Assembly: GCA_000934665.2 (NCBI GenBank)
Contig: KZ538606.1
Coordinates: 1-59,351, forward strand
Source of the DNA: Catajapyx aquilonaris
Lineage: Eukaryota
Direction: 5' to 3'
Length of the DNA stretch: 59,351 nt
The notes under the pieces are model-generated. The model searched no databases. It was given only the letters and a program-made list of their open reading frames with translations, and was not told where the DNA came from. Positions 40,906 to 53,444 of this stretch are shown in pieces (position 1 is the first letter of the stretch; each line of letters opens with the position of its first letter). Position numbers and translations under genes: made by a program.

Positions 40906-42244
40906 CCAGGTAGTTGAGCTGAAATATTAAAGTACAGGGATGTGAAGCATGGAAAGGACATACAAATGCCCCATATTTATATTTATTTAATATTTGAATT
41001 ATTTTTGTCCCTCTTTATACGCTCACTATAGGGTCCAGTTGCCAACATTTGGCAAAATAAATTAGGCAAAAGTGCGAAAGTGGAGGGTGGAAGAGAGAGT
41101 GGGGAGGGAGGGAGGGAGAGAGACACACCGTGACATCCGACGGTGTTGCGCAGAAGTAAGTGAGTCGGCCGCACCCAGCCGGTAACGCCACCCAGCCTGT
41201 AACGGCAGAAATGGGAATTCCGTGGTCGGCCTTTTTTTGCGGTTTTTTCCTTCTTTCGAGCTTTACGAAGTTCCTCGGCACCGTTTCCAAAAAAACAAAA
41301 GTGGTTTGCAAATATAGAAAACGCGGGCTAAATGTTGACACCATTCCCAATGCTGTAAGCCGTACACAGCGGGAGGAGTTGCCCTCACAGTAGGGTATTA
41401 ATACTGTAATACAGAATGATACTTGTGTATCATAACTCGACTTTTTCATTTTACGTCTGTGCCCTTATTCTCTCAGATGCTTTCCCACATGCAAAATGTT
41501 CGGTGTCCTGATTTCATACAATGAACACATCCCCCTCCTGTTTGAAAATACCAATAAAAGCCTAAATCCCCATCACAAAAAAGGAGTCCCTAATAGGTGT
41601 CGGCGTGGAGTGCGACACTATTAACTGGGATGTAGTTGGGACACGCCTTCTTTATTCTCACACGCGCGTTAACACCACCCCTCAGTCGCCCCCCCTGAAA
41701 ATGTCCCCATCGTTCCTTCCTGCCTTGCCCCGGGAAACTGGTAATCCGCATCAGTGATCAAACAGCTCAAAGACTCGGCCTGAAACTAAACGCAACGTAG
41801 ACCCTCTTTGCGCCCGAATGCATTTTCCAATAGAGGCTAATAACCAGGAATGCTTGTTTTTCCTTTCGTCCCGTTACCTTTTAACAACCGGTTCTGGGCG
41901 AGGAAATAGACTCAATTTTGTGCCTGGGGCTCAATTCACGTGTGCCAGACTCAATCTGAATTTTCTCTTCTGAAGGTTGGCTGGCTGGCTTACAGGGAAA
42001 GGCTCGATTGAGACAATAAGGGTAAGGCTTTCCAGGGGCCTCCATTTCGATATCTGCTAAGCCAAGCCTATTATTCCACTTTTGCAGTTTACTTCAACCA
42101 TGGCGATGGTGAGGGCTATTGACTTGGGAACATTCAGAATGAATTGTCCAGCCAGGTGGAATGATATGTTCCTGTATTTTGTCACGTTCACAGGGTGATC
42201 TAAAATAATTTTTCATCAAGTAATTACTGGGTTTTTTTCATCAG

Positions 42245-42419
42245 GTGTGGTTCCAGAACCGGAGAGCTAAGTGGCGCAAAACGGAAAAGTGTTGGGGACG
42301 CAGTACCATCATGGCCGAGTACGGACTGTATGGAGCCATGGTCCGTCACTCTCTTCCGCTGCCCGACACCATCTTGAAGAGTGCCAAGGACAACGAATGT
42401 GTGGCACCTTGGCTTCTAG
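42245..42419 (+). CDS. Vsx: Vsx exon C: homeodomain helix 3 ([13 protein letters not shown]50) and CVC domain ([46 protein letters not shown])
   Basis: Acceptor tttttttcatcag|, donor CTAG|gtagga. [14 protein letters not shown] and APWLLGMH are the diagnostic CVC (Chx10/Vsx/ceh-10) motifs. Confidence 0.97.
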
Positions 42420-43773
42420 GTAGGAAAGCTCTCTGAGCTCCCCCAAGAATCCTAGCGCTTGTGAGTATTGCTTCCAAGGGACTAGTGCACTATCCAGAGC
42501 TTCATGGTGATTCGGGAACATTCCTGACTTCGAGCCACACTCACGACAGATATAGTTTTTATGCGATCTACACCCATAGCTCATGTCTTTAAAAACTGAT
42601 TTTTGTTTTTGACCAATTCGAGCTTTAGCTTTCCAAACGCCAGCAAGCTCTCGATAGTGACTTATTTTGGCTAAGCATTGTACATTTCAAAAAAAAAGAA
42701 AGAAAAAAAGGCGGTTATTTGCATTCGGAAATCGATTCAAGTACCGGCAGTTTTAGGATTATCCCCGAAAGTGCAAAAAAATGAGTAGTCCTATGTGTAC
42801 AGGGTGTACATTGTTCACAGTTTGGTGAATTGATTTGATTTTGCATATTTTTTGTAACATTTTATATTCATATCTTGGAAGTTATGGTTCAATAATTTCT
42901 CATCTAGTATAATGCGTGTATTGCGGAATTTCACATACCATATTAGTAAATGATACAGCCATCACGATAATGAAATTCAAATGCAAGTTAAATGAGCTTT
43001 CACAATTTAGTCTTCACATTATTGCAACATATACCAAAAAGTAATCAATTTTGTCAATATGACCCGTATTTTTTACATTCACTGAGAGATGTGAATGATA
43101 ATTATGATCCGCGTTATGATCAGTAGAATTACTAGAGTCGTGAATGACAACACCATATTTTCCTTTGTACCTCACCAAAAAATAATAATAGCCTAATCTC
43201 CGGTTGCTACTGGCACAATCAGTAAATAAATAATAAGTGTTTGACGGCCCTCTCAACGTACGAGCGTTTTTTTAAAACTTCAGCAGTAACACTGAATTAC
43301 CCAGTAAAAGAAAGCACACTATGGATTTCATTTCATGTAATATTCATCCATGAGTCCAGTACTCTCGGATAGATATTGTTGTAGTCATTTACTGTGCGTG
43401 TGTTCAGTAACATCATTTTTGACGATGGACTTTGCTGAGCGTTATGCTCTCTGCCTGTACAACCCAAGATAATGAGTCATGAAAATGAATACTGTATCCG
43501 GAACAAATGGGCCTGAAAGAACAGTACATAAGAATAGAACCGCATTATATACGCATCATACCCGCCATGTAAATCTATCAAACACGGCACTCCTGAGAAG
43601 CAGCACTTTTATAAGCGTATAGGCCTAGTCCTCAGCAGAAGTAACTAGACCCTTCAGAACGTTGCCTCCATTGCATTGCCAGGGACATAACCCGAATAAC
43701 CCCAATGTCAACAAGAGCGGTCTGGGTACTTCTGCTGAGGGCTGTACAAGTGGTATGCGGTGCGATTTTACAG

Positions 43774-44279
43774 GTATGCACCGGAAATCCATAGAAGCGG
43801 CGCAGCAGCTGCAGGACACAGATGACAAGGACTCGTCCGACCACAACCCTTCTGACGATATGGACGACAAGGTTGGGGGCCAGCACAACCACCACCACCA
43901 CCATCATCACCATCATCACCACCATCACGTAGAGTCGGAGGAAGAGGGCCGCTCTTCCGTTTCCACTTCGGCTGCATCTTCTACCACTTGTCCGTCGGGC
44001 AACCAGCAGCAGCCTCAGCAACAACCGCAAGGGACACCAGCACCGCAGGTGTCCAGCACGGATCCGGAAGAATTCCGGAACAATAGCATCGCCGCCCTGA
44101 GGGCCAAGGCCCAAGAACACAGTGCCAAGATCCTGAACGATGCGGCCAAAAGTTCCTCTCTGGTCAACGGCGAGGTGACGCACGACAATGGCGCCACCAC
44201 TGCTGCTGCCCCTCTGGCGGCCTCGGACAGGGGTCATGACCTCCTCGTCTCCTCCGACACTTCATCTTCATTATTCTGA
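43774..44279 (+). CDS. Vsx: Vsx terminal coding exon D: end of CVC (GMHRKSIEAA), His13 tract, Q/P-rich linker, OAR motif (RNNSIAALRAKAQEH, ~44076-44120), TGA stop
   Basis: Acceptor gattttacag|GT ATG CAC. The phase-1 junction with exon C restores WLLG-MHRKS. The frame is open to TGA at 44277-44279. The four exons total 890 nt, about 296 aa with one base from the missing upstream exon. Confidence 0.94.
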
Positions 44280-45062
44280 GTTCACAGAGAACGGCGTCTG
44301 CAGCTGGCCTCCTGTCCGTGCTCCTTGTACAGTGTGACTGGGAATCCCTCGCCAATGGCGTAATAGTACAGTAGTTGTCAGATCGGAAAAGACGTGAAAT
44401 GTCCAACGACATTCAGATTTGTTTATGTGGTGTCCTTCTGCACGCAGTTCTTTTTAGCCAGTGTTCTGCATTGTGCATGCCAAACATATGGTCAGGTCGG
44501 GTGGAAGTGTAGGCCTACATAATCAAATCTTGTTCAAGGTACGTCCCATTCTTCATTCTGTGTTCACATAAGTTGACAATAGAGGTAGTAGTTACGTGGT
44601 AATATCACGTGGGAATGACCACGTTAAAGCGAAAACATTTCAAACCGTATCAGCATTATATCCTGTCAGCCAGGCCCTTGACATAAAGACATGTGCTCAG
44701 CACATTATTATTTGCTGTAACATACAAATATTTTTCCGAAAGAATGTCATGCAGCGAAGGAATTCATATGCTGAAATGAAGTTCATTTACGGTAAGTTGT
44801 GAAATTTTTTCAGCCGAAAGTTCTCGTAAGTTTCTAAACCTTCGTCAATGAAAAGATGTGTTCCAGTAGGATCGCTGTCAGCACGGATCGTTATAATTTT
44901 TTAGTAAGGTAGTTCCTATATTAATAAGATGAGATGAAAAAGTGAAACTCAGTGTTTGCCCAATTATATCCCCAACTGAGTAATCTGAATTTGAGAATCA
45001 TGATCATGTCCCGTTTAATTTACGAATTATACACTTTTAGAACATCAACAAAAACAATTCGC

Positions 45063-45120
45063 AATAAAAAGTCGGATACGTATAACAATGCATAGTGTAG
45101 GCCTACCGTACTGTAATAAA
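45063..45120 (+). promoter_or_regulatory. Candidate polyadenylation signals for Vsx (AATAAA at 45063 and 45115)
   Basis: Canonical hexamers ~0.8 kb after the stop codon, followed by T-rich sequence. Another AATAAA cluster near 48470-48542 is an alternative. Confidence 0.3.
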
Positions 45121-47542
45121 AATAAGTGATGGATATTTTTAGTTTAATTGTTTTTTTTACACTTATTTAATATTTCGAAATCGTGGATAACCAGGGGACG
45201 ACTGCATAGCATTCATTCAAGGCTCGTAATGCATTTTTTTAGTGATTTCAAGTTGGATAAAATTGAAAAAAATCGTTCCTTTCAAATCCAGATTTCTCAG
45301 TTGTAAATGTTACTATAGGCATAACCTGAGTTTCACTTTGTCCTCTAATATTATTAGGAACATCCTAACTTAATATTATCGCAATCCTTTCTGACACCAA
45401 TCCCACTACACGCATATTAAAATGTGATGATTTACAATCGGAAGGAGACAGTGCGTATCATAAGCGAGAATATTTTTAAAACATGCAATGTACAGTACAT
45501 GTCGCCAATACACAAGTAGTAAAACTGTTTTCAGCTCATCACATCACATGTACGGTAAGTAACGCCGGGGAACTTAACGCGGGACGAATATATTACGCAT
45601 CGCTGTTATGAGTCAGTAATCAAGATACGAATTAAACATTCAAGCACGAACTCCATTTGTAATTTCAAAAAGGTATTTGAGGAAATAATTTCCGTAGTAG
45701 CCTATAGCTATTATCATTTTCACATTTTGCAGTGGCCCAGATTCGTGAACGTTTATAATGTAGAACCACATGGTTTCTGTTATACTGTGTTTTGCAAATA
45801 CAAATAAGATATCTATTCTCCAGCCTCTTGCAAAAGATATTAGCAAGAAAAGCATACCCACCTATACAGTATTATACGGCATGTGAACTTTCTGACCGGT
45901 ACGGTACTGATAATTTAATTATGAATGAGGCACTTCTTTTGCGATTGATAAGGAACATTAGAGGTCTACTTCACAATAATACCACACATAAGTTATTCCA
46001 TTATTACAAAATGCATATAAAAATATAATATGGTTCACTTCTGGCCGTTTCTTGTCGCGTTTTTCTTTTATGCATTAAGTGTAGTGTGTTGACATCATTT
46101 GAGGTGCAAAGTTCCACAGGAAAATTAAAGTTGTCACACTGGTCCGCTGGGTTACTGACAGATAAAACTTTTATGAAATCTGTCAACACATGCACACAAA
46201 TTAAGTAAATTATGAGTTCAAATTTGATTCACATTTACCCTAGAAAGTGACGTCTCATAGGACATGAGATCTTACTTAAATTTTGTATAATGCAACCCAT
46301 TAGTTTACAGAAATAATTAACTTATACTTCACTGAATTCCAAAAGTACTGTAATTATATGAACATGAACATTATCCCCTATACACTGTGCACGCCGATTA
46401 AAGATAGGATTTTACAATCCTGATTAACTAAAATGTGCATTATGGTAAAATAAGGTGATATTCCATGTGTACAATACAAGATTAATAATTTCTAGCCTCC
46501 TTGATTACACATAATAATCAACTGGAACTTACTTGTCACATGTAACTTATGTAATATTACATCAGTTTAACACCATATGGCTCCACTGTGTAATTATAAG
46601 CAAAGCATGCCAGTCAAATCAATATAAGGAGTGTTGGAAAGAAGGAAGTCGAAAAGCGGGTAAGTAAAAAAAAAAAAGGCAGCGTCTCTATCGAAGTTTT
46701 TCAAATTGGTCCTAACAACATGTACTGGATTTTAAAATATGTGCATGTGTTGTCATTGTGCTGAGCGCTGTGTTAATGTCAAGGAAACTAGTGGCCAGGT
46801 TGATTCAGTGGATTGGCGCAAGCTTCATAATTATGGAGAACGTTGCCCAATTGTGGAATGTACAAAAATATCATCAATGAATTCCTGTTGTAATATAAAT
46901 ATCTGCATAATTCAAATAACACGTAAAGCATTTGTTACTACAATTCCGTTGTGCTGATGGGTTTCCATAATCTGTAGTCCTCTAATAACAGTAATAACAG
47001 TAAGTGTTTGTCACCGTAACCGGCTACAAGGGCTATATGACTCCGCATCTCCCTCAGCTTCTTGTGCTGCTACTGTCTGATTCAGTGCTAAAGAACACTG
47101 GTGGAAAAGTGTTTTTTACTGGTCCTAAAAGAGACCATAATCCACAAGTATATTTCCAATTTTACCGCCTTTTTATTTATTCTGTTATTCTTTACTCTAT
47201 ACACTTCAACTGTTGCACAGATTAGGCCTATACTGTACTACTGTCGTTGTCAACTCAAAACAGCTCTACTGACATTGCGGTCGTAAATAATGTAACATAA
47301 TGTGCTATACTCTTCACGATGATGTAGGCTATAGTGTTCCACTCTCACAAAATTCGACACACTCATGAGCCAAGGTTAAATGTTTCACTTGTACAGCCCT
47401 CTTTTGCACTGTTATACTGTACCCTATACAATGCAACCTCAAACTCAAGGCGTCAATATATTTAAACAAATCTCTCTTACCTAATGTGATTTTACCTTCC
47501 TTGATTGTAGTAACAAGTATTAAATTTATAAGAAGAAATCTG

Positions 47543-47783
47543 GACACTTCTTTCCCTTAGTCATGGGGGGAGGCGGGGGAGCGGGCGGGAACTGGAGGGG
47601 TTGCCCGCTGTATCTCGGCCTCTATTTATCGGATAGCGCTCAAACGTGACATATAACGTCCTTAGATTACGGAAGCGATGACGATTAGGTTAGGTCAGGT
47701 TAGAGTAGATTTTACCAGGACGAGCCCCGGATTATCCGTGTTTGAATAGCGCGTTCCGTCCCGTGATTAAAGGAAAGAAAGTC
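47543..47783. mobile_element. Degenerate TIR element with internal TTAGG-like units
   Basis: ttctttcccttagtcatgg and ccgtgattaaaggaaagaa form an imperfect inverted pair; internal ttaggttaggtcaggttag at ~47685-47703. Confidence 0.5.
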
Positions 47784-49473
47784 TATAATTGGGTGGCTCC
47801 TTGAGTGCAGACTGCATTGTGGTGTATTTATAAGTATTGGCATTTTCTAGTATGTATATGCTGTATAACTTATGTGACAATCTGTACGATGTTGGAAAGG
47901 GTTGGCGCTTCAGATCACATTCCGGTGGCACATATTATATTACACAATAGAATAATCTGGAATCATATTGATTTTCCCTGGCGCGTAAATAATATAAGTT
48001 TCATTTTTTTAAATCTCCAACAAAAAATAGAGATAGTTACCAACTCAGAGGACGTGATCTGTGATATGCTGTCAACACTTTTCATTGATACCAGTGTGTA
48101 TTGTAGTACTTTAAATGAGAACCTGTACATTGGTGTTTATTATCAAAAAAAATGTATTATTTCTATTGTACTTTATATCTGATAAGGTGATGGTTGATTT
48201 CGTTTACAAGTCTTTAGTCATGCACCACGACCCTCATTATATAAACTGCAACGAAGAAATGTTTATGCAGATGATTAGTATTTTATTGTCACCTCAAATT
48301 CTCATTCAAATTGTGTGCACATTTGATTTTTTTAAGTTAATTAATTTGAGAATTTTATCAAGACAGAAGGAATGTGTTCATGGACGAGCATCAGCGGGAC
48401 ACAATAATAAATTGATTAATTACACCAATGCAAATGTTTCTTAATGTATTTTTTGTGCGTAAAGAGGTAAATAAATCTGTTCCAATCCAAAGAGTGATTT
48501 CACAACTGGCCTATTATTTAGGGAAATAATAAATAAATAAAAGTCATTCTTGTGCTCCGACCCAAATAGCCTCCATTTTTAGATCCAAGTTGAAGATTTT
48601 GCTCAGACTGATTTATTTTTTCCCTCTTTTTTTCTCAACTTTCTTCATCTCATCAGTACGGTAGTTTAACCCCATTATAGTCCTTAATGCAACGCAATAT
48701 TTCTTCTAGAAATGAAATTTTTGAGGTATCATGGATATACCCGCTGCGTTTGCGAAACCCACAGACAATGCAGAGAGAGAAACATATTTTTGATTGTATG
48801 TCGTCATTGTGAGTGGGCTCGGTTTTTGCCAATAAGGAAGATATAAAAAAAGACATCTAATTTGACCAGAGTATAGAATGAGAAGGAAGAAGAAAAAAAA
48901 ATAGTACAGAGAAAGCAGCAGCTTGCTAGATTTCTCTTCCGAAAGCTTCTTTCCCCTCCTCCCCTCTCTAATGACATCCATCGGTCTTCTTCCTTGCCAT
49001 TAATATCATTCACTCCCCCCAAAAGGCAGTCTGCATGAAGAAGCCTAATCGGATCTAAATAGGAGATAACATTGCCCAAGATGCGGACTCGAGACCAACT
49101 ACTGCTACTGGCCCAGGGAGCGTAAAATCTCTTGATGAAATACTTACTCCTGCCTAACGAGGAAATTAGACTGGAATCGCCACAAAAATCAGATTAGGGA
49201 ACTCGGAACTCGGGATTGGAGCATCGTGGAGAATGAAGAATGGTAGTGAAAAAAGGCACAATTTCCTCTGCCTTGAATACATGGCCCAAGAAGTCCATCC
49301 TACCCATTAATTACGTCCACTGCCTCCAGTGCTGGCGCTGATGCAAGGCTTTGGATGGAAATGAGGAACTGTTGAGGGCTAATCGATGTTGGAGGTGTAG
49401 CGTCAAGAGAGAGGTAGGCCTACAAGATGTTCATCATGAGCACTTACTGGCTTGCATAGAGCCACTACAGGTA

Positions 49474-49920
49474 CCGTCAATTGGGGTGAGATTGTGCCAG
49501 GTGGGGTGAGATTGTGCCAGTGCATTTTTTGGGACAACAGTGCTCCCTACCTTGAATTTGCTTGTGAATTTGACTCATCATTGCTAACTTTGACCATCCC
49601 TCAATGTACAAGGTGTCTCAACTTTTTTGTCCGAACAGTTATCGGAAGAGCCTATGTATCTTCTAGCTATGTAGCCAGAATATGCCCCAACATTCGTGGC
49701 ACATCCCTCAACTGATAAAGCCAGGGAAGCATCACTGGTTGCAAGTCACTGCTAACAAAATAAGCAGCTTAAAGTGCAATATTTCCGATAATTGTTCTGA
49801 CAAAAAAGTTGAGACACCCTGTATAGTAAAACATGCCTAAATTCGCTATAGTTTACGACTGCCGCCACTGTTGTCCAAAAATCCGCTGGCACAATCTCAC
49901 ACCAATATATTGACCGGCGG
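49474..49920. mobile_element. MITE (outer TIRs) containing a nested mariner-type MITE at 49609-49821
   Basis: Outer: ta|ccgtcaattggggtgagattgtgccag..tttttgggacaacagtg pairs with cactgttgtccaaaaa..ctggcacaatctcac..attgac. Inner: ta|caaggtgtctcaacttttttgtccgaacagttatcggaa pairs with ttccgataattgttctgacaaaaaagttgagacaccctg|ta. Confidence 0.82.
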
Positions 49921-51030
49921 TAGGCCTATATCTGCAGTAACTTTTCTGTCGAGTGATATGTCACACACTCAAGAAACAAAATAATATTGGGCAGGCGTTT
50001 GCAGATCTAGTGCAAAAATGTCATTCCAAATCGTGAAGGTGTGTTCACAAGCTTGTGGGAAACGCCTTCTTGTCACGCTTTTTGGCAGCAAGTTGCGTCT
50101 AGTTTCTCGCGCTACTGTCTACAAGCGCTAGCGAGTGAATGGGGTGCGACTCGCTGCCAAAAAGGGTGCTGGGGAGAAGGCTCTTCTCGCTAGTCTGACT
50201 CCAAACCACCCTTTAGAAAACTGTGGAACCAACGAAAACTGCTGTTCACTATTGTATTTCAATCCCAACTACATGTCACTTTGTTAGAAACTTTTTGTTG
50301 CTATAACAGAACCTGCCTTAACCGGAAAAGGATAGAAGCATGATAATTCTGAAAATCAGGCCTTCATTTTAGTGATTCGACGAGTAGATGGATCAACAGC
50401 AACGTTGTCTCACATGCATATATAAAGGTCATGGGTTCCATCTCAAGATCAGGCCGCCTTCATCGCTCGTGCTGAGATAGGTCATCCAGTTTCGCGTCTG
50501 TGGGAATGAATACCCTATAGGTCTATAACTTTCCAGGAGAATGCACCAATAACAACGACTTCACTTACGACTGCACCAGCATTTCTCATCCCAGTCACCC
50601 ACGTGACGCGACGTAGCTGGTGAAGTATAGGCAATTGTTAAATACTGTAACATAACAAATGAGATGGTATACTGTATCGAATGCCTTCTCAATCCAATAT
50701 ACATTGCCTCCAGTTATTATTATTGTATCATAATTGCTACTGTCAGTACTGTGTGAAGGCTATTGACATGGCATAACAGTATGCATATTATAAATTGATA
50801 GTAAAGTATAGGCTATATGAGAACAGAATGCCTGTAAGTATACAAAGTTGAAAATGCATGGTACTATACCTGTATTTTTAAAATGCAGATAATAACTGAC
50901 ATCTACACTATAGATTTGTGACATTATTACCACATAATACTGTTGAGGTGGTCAAATAATCAAATTAATTACTCGTGCCATTACTTTCTTACTTATTTAC
51001 ACCGTCCGGACACAATTAGACCTCCATTAA

Positions 51031-51124
51031 CATCATCATCATCATCGTCATCATCATCATCATCATCACGATATTTTTCTATAAATGGCGAAATGGTAGT
51101 GATGATGATGGTGATGATGATGAT
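51031..51124. repeat. (CAT)n followed by the complementary (GAT)n microsatellite
   Basis: catcatcat... at 51031-51067 and ...gatgatgatggtgatgatgatgat to 51124. Confidence 0.85.
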
Positions 51125-51735
51125 CGTAGTTGCGGCAGCAGCAGCAACAAGAGGGAAATGAGTATCATTATGTCTTCCTATGACTAATAAATACTGTATG
51201 TGACATCTCCAAATTGTTTCCACATAGAAAAAGCAGGCAAAATAACATTTCTGCCTGTTAACAGTGAACTTGAACATTTTATAAGTGTAAGATTTCCTTA
51301 ATCATTATTCACTCATGTTTAAGCTCCCCCCCCCCCCCCNCCCCACCTTAACTTTTTCACGCTTCATAACCACTTCATCGGTCTCTGATTTCATTTCTCT
51401 GATTTTATTTACCTACCCAAAATTTTATAGAAGTTTTAAATGATTTTATCGATTGACAGAATTTAGCGCAAAATTTAGTTTAAAATGCTTCAAGAACAAA
51501 GGATTGTTCGTATATATCCCATTCATATTTTTATACGGCCTGCAGTAACGGAGTGAGAAATATAGTCTACCGATATTGAAAGGACTCAATCATATAGGTT
51601 GCATCAAACGTTGTTGTTCTGACACTTGAAAACAACGGAGAAAAACTTCCAATCTGCTTCCAACATTGCTAGTGGTTTTGTTCTAGAATAAGTTTAAAAC
51701 ACGTAAAAAATACCCAAAAATAAAGATGAGATTTA

Positions 51736-52015
51736 GGGGCCGTATATAGCACTTTGGTATATAGGTCATCACATTTGGGACATTTTTGAACACCCCCCCC
51801 CCTNNNNNNNNNNNNNNNNNNNNNNNNNNNNNNNNNNNNNNNNNNNNNNNNNNNNNNNNNNNNNNNNNNNNNNNNNNNNNNNNNNNNNNNNNNNNNNNNN
51901 NNNNNNNNNNNNNNNNNNNNNNNNNNNNNNNNNNNNNNNNNNNNNNNNNNNNNNNNNNNNNNGCCCCCCCCCCTCCCCCTCGATGACGTAATAATGGTAA
52001 TATGTGTACGGCCCC
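51736..52015. mobile_element. PIF/Harbinger-type MITE spanning an assembly gap, TTA target duplication
   Basis: tta|ggggccgta ... tacggcccc|tta; internal poly-C runs border the N gap (51804-51962). Confidence 0.7.
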
Positions 52016-53067
52016 TTACATGTATACGGATTCGGCCATTCAATCTGATTCAAATAAAATAACACTGAGTCAGTGACACTCCTATTTCGTCTCCAAAAAC
52101 GAAGGTGAAATTTTTTTCCATACACAGTACACACTGTATAATATCACACCATACAGAAAGGCTTCAATTGTGAATTGAAATAGTGTATTACCATCAACTC
52201 TTGCTGGTATATACAGTCAGTTTTGTTTTTCCCATCCATCAGAAGGCTGCATGAACTTCCGGCGCTGCCACCAGGAGGCTCCATCTGCTTACAACTCAAG
52301 CGCCTCTGCTCAGCACGCTATCTAATGACAAAACTCCTACTTTACTCTATCCCGGATGATTCAATTTCAAGGAAAAAGGAAAATACACAGAGTGAAATGT
52401 GAAAATTGTACTGCACATGTCCATCTTAGAAAAAAGTGTCAAACTTCCAAGATAAAAAGGTGTTCAACTTAACAACATTGCAAGGGATAGGCTTTTTGAC
52501 GGTTTCATAAACAATGTCCAACATAAGGAGTGTAACGGGGAAATTGGGGTGGATAAGGATGGGTTTGGGACAGGATGGTTGGGGATAGTTGAGATGGGAT
52601 ATGCAGGTAAGGTGACGCCGGACCACAACGGCTTGTGGGCACTTTCCGGCTAATCAGAACTGGGAGGTTGCTCTTACATATCCTATAATTTGTCCTCGGG
52701 TGCAACAATAACAGGGCTCGGCAGCCATAAACAACACAACCACACACATGGCACTCAACTGTCTTTGCTCGAGGGTCGTCTTCTCTGGCTTCTGGGTACG
52801 GGTACGGTCCCCCTCGGGAACAGAGGATGCCCTCGTCTGGCTTTGTGTGTCGTCTTGTGCTCGGGTGTCTCGTGTTTCTCGTCCGTTCTCCTGTCCTCTC
52901 GTTTTCTGGCCCTTGACTGCCTCTTCTGAGTTATTGCTTTTATTTAGAGTCCCTGTTATGATTCACCTACATTGCCACACTGCGTGACTTGAGAATCAAT
53001 GCCTGAAGCACCCTGGTCCTGTCACCCTTGACACATGGTCACCACAATAATATTATTTTTCACCCAT

Positions 53068-53444
53068 TACAGGAGGTGGCCAACTTATTAAGGTGTCCAA
53101 CTTGACAGGTTTTACTGTATTTTCCTTTTTCCTTAAAATTGAACCATGCTGAGGTCTGAATTCATTAATTTTGTGAAGCATGCCTGAGACATTTGAGGCC
53201 AGTTCCAGGAATGGTATGTAGAGCATGCTGATGTAGAGTGTACCGAAAATAAACAAATACACAAACATGCATTGGAAGTTGATTACAGGATGAATAATGT
53301 ACAGTACTTACTTTGAATTGTACTCTACATTACTGTACTGCACTATGAAACCCGTTAGGTTGAAATCCTAATCAGTTGGACACCTCCCTATGTTGCACAT
53401 TTGAAATGGAACCGTCAGTGTCCAACATAGACAGGTTTTACTGT
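53068..53444. mobile_element. Two Tigger-like terminal fragments in direct orientation
   Basis: gtgtccaac(t/a)..gacaggttttactgta ends at ~53119 and ~53444. Confidence 0.5.

Larger units (their letters stand above)
25298..42244 (+). other. ~16.9 kb GT-AG intron splitting the Vsx homeobox
   Basis: Phase-0 junction ...RIQ|VWFQN...; no credible intervening coding exon is needed or seen. Confidence 0.9.

Noticed and set aside
43632..44412. Antisense ORFs (201, 87, 82 aa and others) over the last Vsx exon
   Set aside because: Shadows of a GC-rich coding exon; the poly-Val/Met runs mirror the His codons.
50058..50190. Weak inverted repeat (ttttggcagc / gctgccaaaa)
   Set aside because: Too degenerate to define termini or a target duplication; probably an old MITE, so not called.
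51669..52134. ORFs spanning the N run
   Set aside because: Artefacts of the assembly gap.
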